From: a virus
Lineage: Duplodnaviria; Caudoviricetes
IMG/VR virus record: IMGVR_UViG_3300044623_000283
Location: 1-32,467 of that record
Direction: 5' to 3' (one strand)
Length of the DNA: 32,467 nt
Shown: positions 27,138 through 32,467 of the stretch, piece after piece
How positions within the stretch are numbered: position 1 is the stretch's first letter
Layout of the letters: every line of letters begins with the position of its first letter
The notes under the pieces: model-generated
The model's input: only the letters and a program-made list of their open reading frames with translations
What the model was told of the DNA's origin: nothing
The model's database searches: none
Made by a program: the position numbers and the translations under genes

Positions 27138-27157
27138 TATTATATTTTATTGTTCGA
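27138..27157 (-). promoter_or_regulatory. Putative late promoter TCGAAC-N8-ATAATA upstream of scaffold/MCP
   Basis: TCGAAC AATAAAAT ATAATA, 4 nt before the ATG. Confidence 0.65.
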
Positions 27158-28049
27158 AAATTCCTAATTCTTTTAGTTTAGCCTCTGACCATCTCTTTGC
27201 AGCAAGACCTCCCCATAATAAATATGAGATTGTTCCACATGCTGAATTGTCATCTGGATTATAATACTCCTCTGCTCTTGATAGATAAGAATACATTCTT
27301 TTTATAACAGCAACTGAGACAGTCTGTCTATTAGCTAAAGTTGTTGCTCTTAATCTACCAACCCTAGTGGCACATTTATTCCCATACTTCTGATTAAGCT
27401 CAATACCTTTCTTTGCATTGTTAGTTACAGCTTCAGGATAGTCATTGTAAAATGTTATGTATTCTTGTACTTTCTTAAGCTCTTGATAGATTGCTTTGAA
27501 TTCATGTTCCCATCCTTTACCTGTCTCAAGTAATTGGAATACACCTTCAATTGAGAATCCTGTAAACATACCAGCTTTAGCAGCATCATATATATCTTTA
27601 TTAGTAAGCTTATAAGATACTAACCATGATCCATCTTTCTCATCTTTAAACCTTTCTGGAGCTGTGAATCCTTTTGACTCATCAATGATATAAGACATTA
27701 TCATATAGATACCATCTACTACTCTCTTACTATTATGCTCAAGATTAACATTGTTAAAGTTTTCTCTTCTAGCATAATCAAAAACTATATCCTTAATTGA
27801 TGCTGGGGAGAAATTTACATAATACTCTTCTCCAGTATTTGGATCTCTTCTAAATATTGGAGTATTAGCTGATATTGCTACACCTGTTATTACTTGCTCC
27901 TCATCATTGAATTGATAAGCAATCTTTTGTGAGAATGTCTCAAATGATTTCTCATGAGCTGGATTAGCTACAAGGCTATTGAATGACACTGTAGTCTCTG
28001 GATCATCCAGATCTATTATAATATCATATAATGGTAATTCTCTTAGCAT
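27147..28049 (-). CDS. Prohead serine protease (XkdF/S78-like) with extra C-terminal domain
   Basis: Likely start MLRELP at 28049; SLVANPA, NLEH, GSW, TGFSIEG; C-terminal YNDYP...LLWGG. Confidence 0.8.
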   Translation of the reverse strand: MLRELPLYDIIIDLDDPETTVSFNSLVANPAHEKSFETFSQKIAYQFNDEEQVITGVAISANTPIFRRDPNTGEEYYVNFSPASIKDIVFDYARRENFNNVNLEHNSKRVVDGIYMIMSYIIDESKGFTAPERFKDEKDGSWLVSYKLTNKDIYDAAKAGMFTGFSIEGVFQLLETGKGWEHEFKAIYQELKKVQEYITFYNDYPEAVTNNAKKGIELNQKYGNKCATRVGRLRATTLANRQTVSVAVIKRMYSYLSRAEEYYNPDDNSACGTISYLLWGGLAAKRWSEAKLKELGIFEQ

Positions 28050-28054
28050 ATAAT

Positions 28055-28074
28055 TATTATGTATATTTGTTCGA
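28055..28074 (-). promoter_or_regulatory. Putative late promoter TCGAAC-N8-ATAATA overlapping a divergent plus-strand TATATTTG (28062-28069)
   Basis: TCGAAC AAATATAC ATAATA, 5 nt before the protease ATG. Confidence 0.65.
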
Positions 28075-28075
28075 A

Positions 28076-28756
28076 ATGATTTTTGTATATCCATACCATA
28101 GCAAGGTCACTTATGACTTTGAGATTATTCAATCTATTGAAATTATTAGACATCTATATCCTGATGCCAAGATATATACCATAGGTAAAGAAGTACAAGG
28201 AGTAAATAATATACCATGCAATCAATACAATAACATCAGAGGCTGTGATGTTACCAATAGAATCTTAACTTTTGCAAAGAAGATTGGAGGAGATTTTATC
28301 TATATGAATAAAGATTTCTTTTTAAGTCAATCATGGCAGCCTCATGTAGCAATTAATAATGGACCATTGATTGTTAATCCTGAACATGCACCACATACTA
28401 AGATAGCTCAAAGTAATACTCTTGAATTCCTTAAGCATAACAACTTTACTGCTTATAATTTTGAGACTCATACACCTGTACTAATGAATTCTCAAAAGTT
28501 AATTGATCTATTTGATAATATTAATTGGCAGAATGATAATCATTTCATTAAATCAATCTATTGCAATGTTTACCAGGTACCATCAAAAGAAGGTATTAAC
28601 TCAAAAGTATCTGTACCATCTATAGAGAAAGCTCAAGAATTTATATCTATAAATGGATGCTTCTCAACAGGGGATCACTTCTGGAATAAAGCTACAGTAA
28701 AATGGATTAGAAGCTTGACTTCACCTCCTGGACAGCTACCTTGTTCTGAACATTAG
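28076..28756 (+). CDS. Stealth-like sugar-phosphotransferase / GT-A-type protein
   Basis: Likely start MIFVYPY at 28076; EIIQSIEIIRHLYP..IYTIG, FIYMNKDFF (cf. Stealth FIYxNDDxF), FETHTP. Confidence 0.6.
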   Translation: MIFVYPYHSKVTYDFEIIQSIEIIRHLYPDAKIYTIGKEVQGVNNIPCNQYNNIRGCDVTNRILTFAKKIGGDFIYMNKDFFLSQSWQPHVAINNGPLIVNPEHAPHTKIAQSNTLEFLKHNNFTAYNFETHTPVLMNSQKLIDLFDNINWQNDNHFIKSIYCNVYQVPSKEGINSKVSVPSIEKAQEFISINGCFSTGDHFWNKATVKWIRSLTSPPGQLPCSEH

Positions 28757-31169
28757 TGATATCATATTCCAATACTGCTACCTTAGTCATATTCTGTAAA
28801 TTAGTACCTGTAACATTCTGACTATTAAGATCAGTTTGTTGAGTATTAGTATTAGCTGTGAATGTTGATGCTGTTGCTCCTAATGATGTATCACCTGGTG
28901 GTGGTGGTGCTGTTGGTGGAGTTCCTCCTGAATTAAATTTAGTCTTAGAAATTGCCGCTATTTGTGCTGCTCCTGTAATAGCAGAGAATGCAGAGAATGG
29001 TAGACCAAATGTAACTGGTGATGCTGCTACTGACTTACTTATTGCACTAGCAGTTGAGATTATAACTTCAGATATCTTAAGAGCTTTCTCTCTGTTAAAT
29101 GCTTTCTTTCTAATCTCATTCTGAGCAGCTTCATTACCTTCTAACTTTTTTATTCTTTCTTCATCATTAGCATTGAGTAATCCATTCAATGCACTCATTG
29201 TCTCTTTAAATGCTCTAGCTATCTCAATTACTTTGTCAATATTTGAGATTATTTTTTTAACTCTTTCGTCATCTATTTTCTTCTGTTCCTCAGCAATAGC
29301 CTTATCAATAGCTACTTTTTTCTTACCATACTCTAAATTGATATCATTAATCTCATTTAGTTTAGCAGTTTCTATAATTGCTAATTGTTCTTTATTATTT
29401 TTTGCTTGTTGTTCTAGAGTAAAATATTTATCATTAACAGCTTGGATTTCATTTTGTTGTTCTGAAAATAAACGCTGTCTATTTTCTTCTGCTATTATTT
29501 CCAACTGATTCAAAAATTCTTCTTCAGCTTGTTTTCTTAATTTGTTAAGTTCATTTTTTTGATTCAATACAGCATCACTTTCAATCTTAGCATATTTGCC
29601 ATTTATCTCTGCAATTTCTGACTGTTGTTTAGCTATTAATTCTTTATCACTTTGACCTGCTGCATCTGCTTTTGCATATAATTCTTGATACTTATTATCT
29701 AATGCTTGTAACTCTTTCTCCTTAGCATCTGTAATCTTAGACTGTCTTTCAGCTTCAATTGCATCAAAGAATTCAGTAAGTTTTTTATTATAGTCTTGTT
29801 CTTCTTTTAAGCTTTCTTCATTTGCTTTTTTAACATCATCAGACCTTTTTTTATTAATGTTAGCTTTGTTAATATCCAATTGATTCTCAGCATCTAAAAT
29901 AGCATCAGTTGTTTCTTGAATTGATTTCTTTGTTTCTTCAATAAGCTCATCATTTACTCCCATTGCATTGGTAGCTCTTAATATTCTCTCATTTAATTCA
30001 AGTTCTTTTAATAATGATTTTTGATATTCAATAGAATTTTGAATTCTCTTTTCTACCAATGCATCTGAACTTTTACCTTGAGCTTCAAGTAATGCAATTT
30101 GTCTAGCTAATGATTTATCTTCAGCATTGTAAGCATCTTCCTTAGCTTTACGTTGTTCTGCTTCTTTAGCAAGAGCTTTATCAACTCGGCGCATATTAGC
30201 TTCGTGCCTTGCTTTTTGATCACGTTCTGCTTTGTTGTCTATAACATTGAAGTATTCTAATGCTTTGATTGCAGCATAAACAACCCCTATAAATGGAAAG
30301 AATATTCCAATTAAAACTTTAACTCCAACACCTAATTTATCAAAGTAATCATAAGCTTTAACAACATAACCTGATAGTTTAATTACTACCTTACTTACTG
30401 TATCAAAATTAGCAATCAAAGTTCCTATTAAAACAATAATAGCTCCAATACCAGTAGCAATTAATGCTGCTCTAAATGCCTTTGTTGCAAATGTTGCTGT
30501 ATTAGTTGCAACAGTTAATACACCTTCTGCTGTTGCTAATCCAGCTGTTGCACCAATAGATCCTGTTAATATAAATGCTTTAGCCTTTTCAAGTCCATTT
30601 CTTAACTGTAGACCTAAGATTGACTCCTTATTCAAGTTGTTAGAGATAATACTAACAGAATTAACAAGGCCCTGAACAGCTTGAAGCTTAACCATTGTCT
30701 CTGCTAACTTCTCATTCTCAACTCCAGCTAATGCAGCAGCAGATTGTATACCTTGAAATGCAGCAGCTCCAGTCTCTATTCCTTGTAATGTAGTATCAAG
30801 TCCAACAAAGTCAGATGATAAAGCTGTAGTCTGAGATTTTAAATCTCCAATCTGATCCTTTAATTCAGCAGCATTTCTAATTGCTTGTTGACCTACTGGA
30901 CTCTTATCACCAGCTTGCAATGCTAAAGTCTGATACTCCTTCATTGTCCTAGTCAACTCTCTCATAGTGAGTCCACCAGCTTCAACTCTAGCATTTAGTT
31001 CTTGGATTTTCTGGTCAAAATTATCTATGCCAGTATTATCAGAAGCTGTTGCTTGTGTTGCTTTTAGATCTTGATTTAATTCATTAACAGCTGCATCCAT
31101 AGCTTGGATGTCATTAACACTATTACCAGTGTTGACCTTAAGTGAGAATACTACTGATTTTTCTGCCAT
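28707..31169 (-). CDS. Tape measure protein
   Basis: 820 aa, Ala/Gln/Lys-rich helical; ATGIGAIIVLIG and GAAQIAAISKTKF motifs. Confidence 0.85.
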   Translation of the reverse strand: MAEKSVVFSLKVNTGNSVNDIQAMDAAVNELNQDLKATQATASDNTGIDNFDQKIQELNARVEAGGLTMRELTRTMKEYQTLALQAGDKSPVGQQAIRNAAELKDQIGDLKSQTTALSSDFVGLDTTLQGIETGAAAFQGIQSAAALAGVENEKLAETMVKLQAVQGLVNSVSIISNNLNKESILGLQLRNGLEKAKAFILTGSIGATAGLATAEGVLTVATNTATFATKAFRAALIATGIGAIIVLIGTLIANFDTVSKVVIKLSGYVVKAYDYFDKLGVGVKVLIGIFFPFIGVVYAAIKALEYFNVIDNKAERDQKARHEANMRRVDKALAKEAEQRKAKEDAYNAEDKSLARQIALLEAQGKSSDALVEKRIQNSIEYQKSLLKELELNERILRATNAMGVNDELIEETKKSIQETTDAILDAENQLDINKANINKKRSDDVKKANEESLKEEQDYNKKLTEFFDAIEAERQSKITDAKEKELQALDNKYQELYAKADAAGQSDKELIAKQQSEIAEINGKYAKIESDAVLNQKNELNKLRKQAEEEFLNQLEIIAEENRQRLFSEQQNEIQAVNDKYFTLEQQAKNNKEQLAIIETAKLNEINDINLEYGKKKVAIDKAIAEEQKKIDDERVKKIISNIDKVIEIARAFKETMSALNGLLNANDEERIKKLEGNEAAQNEIRKKAFNREKALKISEVIISTASAISKSVAASPVTFGLPFSAFSAITGAAQIAAISKTKFNSGGTPPTAPPPPGDTSLGATASTFTANTNTQQTDLNSQNVTGTNLQNMTKVAVLEYDITNVQNKVAVQEVKSSF

Positions 31170-31330
31170 TAGATATAAAATTGTTTTGTTTCAAAGTTAA
31201 AAAATATATCTTTTTGCTCAGGATTTTCAATTGTGCAAATTTGCTCAATGGCCACTTGACCTTCTAAGACTTCATTGTCAAATTTTGCAAAAAGCAATCT
31301 ATTAGTTGTAGTATCTATAATTGTGTACAT
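31169..31330 (-). CDS. 53-aa putative tail-fibre chaperone (not in ORF track)
   Basis: MYTIIDTTTNRLLFAKFDNE...IFFNFETKQFYI; follows the fibre, TAATG-coupled to the TMP. Confidence 0.6.
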   Translation of the reverse strand: MYTIIDTTTNRLLFAKFDNEVLEGQVAIEQICTIENPEQKDIFFNFETKQFYI

Positions 31331-31333
31331 AGC

Positions 31334-32467
31334 TTAAAAATTAGAGATGTCTAAAAGTTCTTGTGTAGTTGATTCTGTAGTTGAAGAATTTGTAACTGTT
31401 ATAATAAGATATAACGTACCACTAGGAAGTGCAGCGTCTAATGCTACAACTGTACTTGTACCATTGTCATTGAGTACCCCCGTAGATGCGTTTAATCCTT
31501 TTATGTTACCACCTTCAATCTCAAACACTCTACTAATTGTCGCGAACCTTGTTCCTGCTACAATAACAGAACCTGTTGATAGTATCTGAACTGCACCCGA
31601 AAGATTAGCACTGTTAGGGCTTAAATATGCTCTAATTGTACTACCTGCCAGAATACCTTTTGTAAATCTTAATGTATTTATTTTAAATATAGTTCCATTG
31701 CTTAATGTAGGTACTTGGGTTGAGCTAATAATTGTCTCTGCAGTTGTTCCAGTTATTGTAGTATTGGCTGTAACAAGTGTTTTAAACCAACCTAACAATG
31801 AAAGTATACCAGCTTGATCTAATGTATTTTGCTTACCATTGAATGTGGTCCAATCAGCTGAGCTCAATGCACCTCTATTAGTAGCTGATGCTGTAGGTAG
31901 ATTGAAGGTGTGTGTTGATGTAACTGAGTTGATAGCAAAGTCAGTCCCACTTGTACCTACTGATAAGTTCTGTACCTGAGCTGTTAATCCATTCAATGCT
32001 GTTAAACCAGTTGAGAATGTAGTTATTACTTGACAAAGGTGACTATTTTCTGTGTGAAGTGTAATAGTTCTACCACTATTGTTAACATAGATACGAACAG
32101 CTAATCTATCTGTCAATGCTAGTGTAGTCTGTGGTACAGCTAAGGCTGTTAGATATAAATCTATTGCTGTTCCTCCAGTTATCCCCTCAGGTGCTGTTGA
32201 GCTACTAGCTATCAATGTTAATGTAGCACCATCCCATTTATATAGCTCTACATAAAATGAAGGTGTACCACCACTACTAGATGCAGAGAAATAGGTTTCA
32301 AAGTTCCAATTTCCAGCTGGTATTTCTAATTGATTAGGGTCATTTGCATCTGTTATGAATGACTGAATGTATCCATTAGTTGCTATTGTGAAGTCTGTAC
32401 CAGCTCCTATGACTGGTGTCTTATTTATTTCTTTCATTGCAACACCACCAAATGTACCTTGACTTAC
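31334..32467 (-). CDS. Tail fibre / receptor-binding protein, C-terminal part (true start at 537 across the junction)
   Basis: Thr/Ser/Gly-rich; NLPTASATNRGALSSADWTTFNGKQ fibre motif; frame open to the window end. Confidence 0.8.
   Translation of the reverse strand, partial: VSQGTFGGVAMKEINKTPVIGAGTDFTIATNGYIQSFITDANDPNQLEIPAGNWNFETYFSASSSGGTPSFYVELYKWDGATLTLIASSSTAPEGITGGTAIDLYLTALAVPQTTLALTDRLAVRIYVNNSGRTITLHTENSHLCQVITTFSTGLTALNGLTAQVQNLSVGTSGTDFAINSVTSTHTFNLPTASATNRGALSSADWTTFNGKQNTLDQAGILSLLGWFKTLVTANTTITGTTAETIISSTQVPTLSNGTIFKINTLRFTKGILAGSTIRAYLSPNSANLSGAVQILSTGSVIVAGTRFATISRVFEIEGGNIKGLNASTGVLNDNGTSTVVALDAALPSGTLYLIITVTNSSTTESTTQELLDISNF
32267..32467. repeat. Terminal direct repeat, right copy
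   Basis: Matches 1-201 with one mismatch. Confidence 0.95.

Noticed and set aside
28031-28094. Head-to-head coding overlap implied by ORF-track starts 28031 and 28094
   Set aside because: Internal ATGs at 28049 and 28076 fit the promoter motifs and remove the overlap
28858-29508. Plus-strand ORFs 28858..29124 and 29173..29508, and other short plus-strand ORFs (e.g. 7062, 17584, 22788, 26598, 31347)
   Set aside because: Antisense shadows of well-supported minus-strand genes, Ser/Leu/Phe-rich with no motifs
1-32467. Stop-codon reassignment
   Set aside because: The standard code gives dense, intact, coupled genes; gaps are filled by short ORFs or regulatory DNA

Overview
The window is an apparently complete, circularly permuted tailed dsDNA phage genome of about 32.27 kb. 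Positions 1-201 repeat 32267-32467 with one mismatch. The host is very likely a Bacteroidota member: there are TAnnTTTG promoters, a DUF3127-type SSB and no obvious Shine-Dalgarno use. Nearly all genes are on the minus strand. Reading order: early/replication genes (Prim-Pol/DUF3987 primase-helicase beside an iteron-rich origin, DnaA domain-IV-like protein, ERF, YqaJ, HNH, VRR-NUC), an ECF-like sigma factor, a sugar-modification cassette (GT-A, GT-B, WbuX-like N-acetyl-sugar amidotransferase), terminases, tail genes, tape measure, head genes, portal and lysis. No integrase, DNA polymerase or tail sheath is evident. Highlights read from the sequence: (1) a four-enzyme glycan-building set including an antisense Stealth-like gene; (2) a compact motif GAAC-N8-ATAATA 3-6 nt upstream of four late-gene start codons; (3) an unannotated -1 programmed frameshift gene; (4) a kissing-loop/terminator RNA leader in front of the primase-helicase; (5) strong CpG depletion with a CpG-rich tail-fibre tip; (6) single-gene cassettes flanked by direct repeats. 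All protein family calls are from motif recognition by eye, not database searches.
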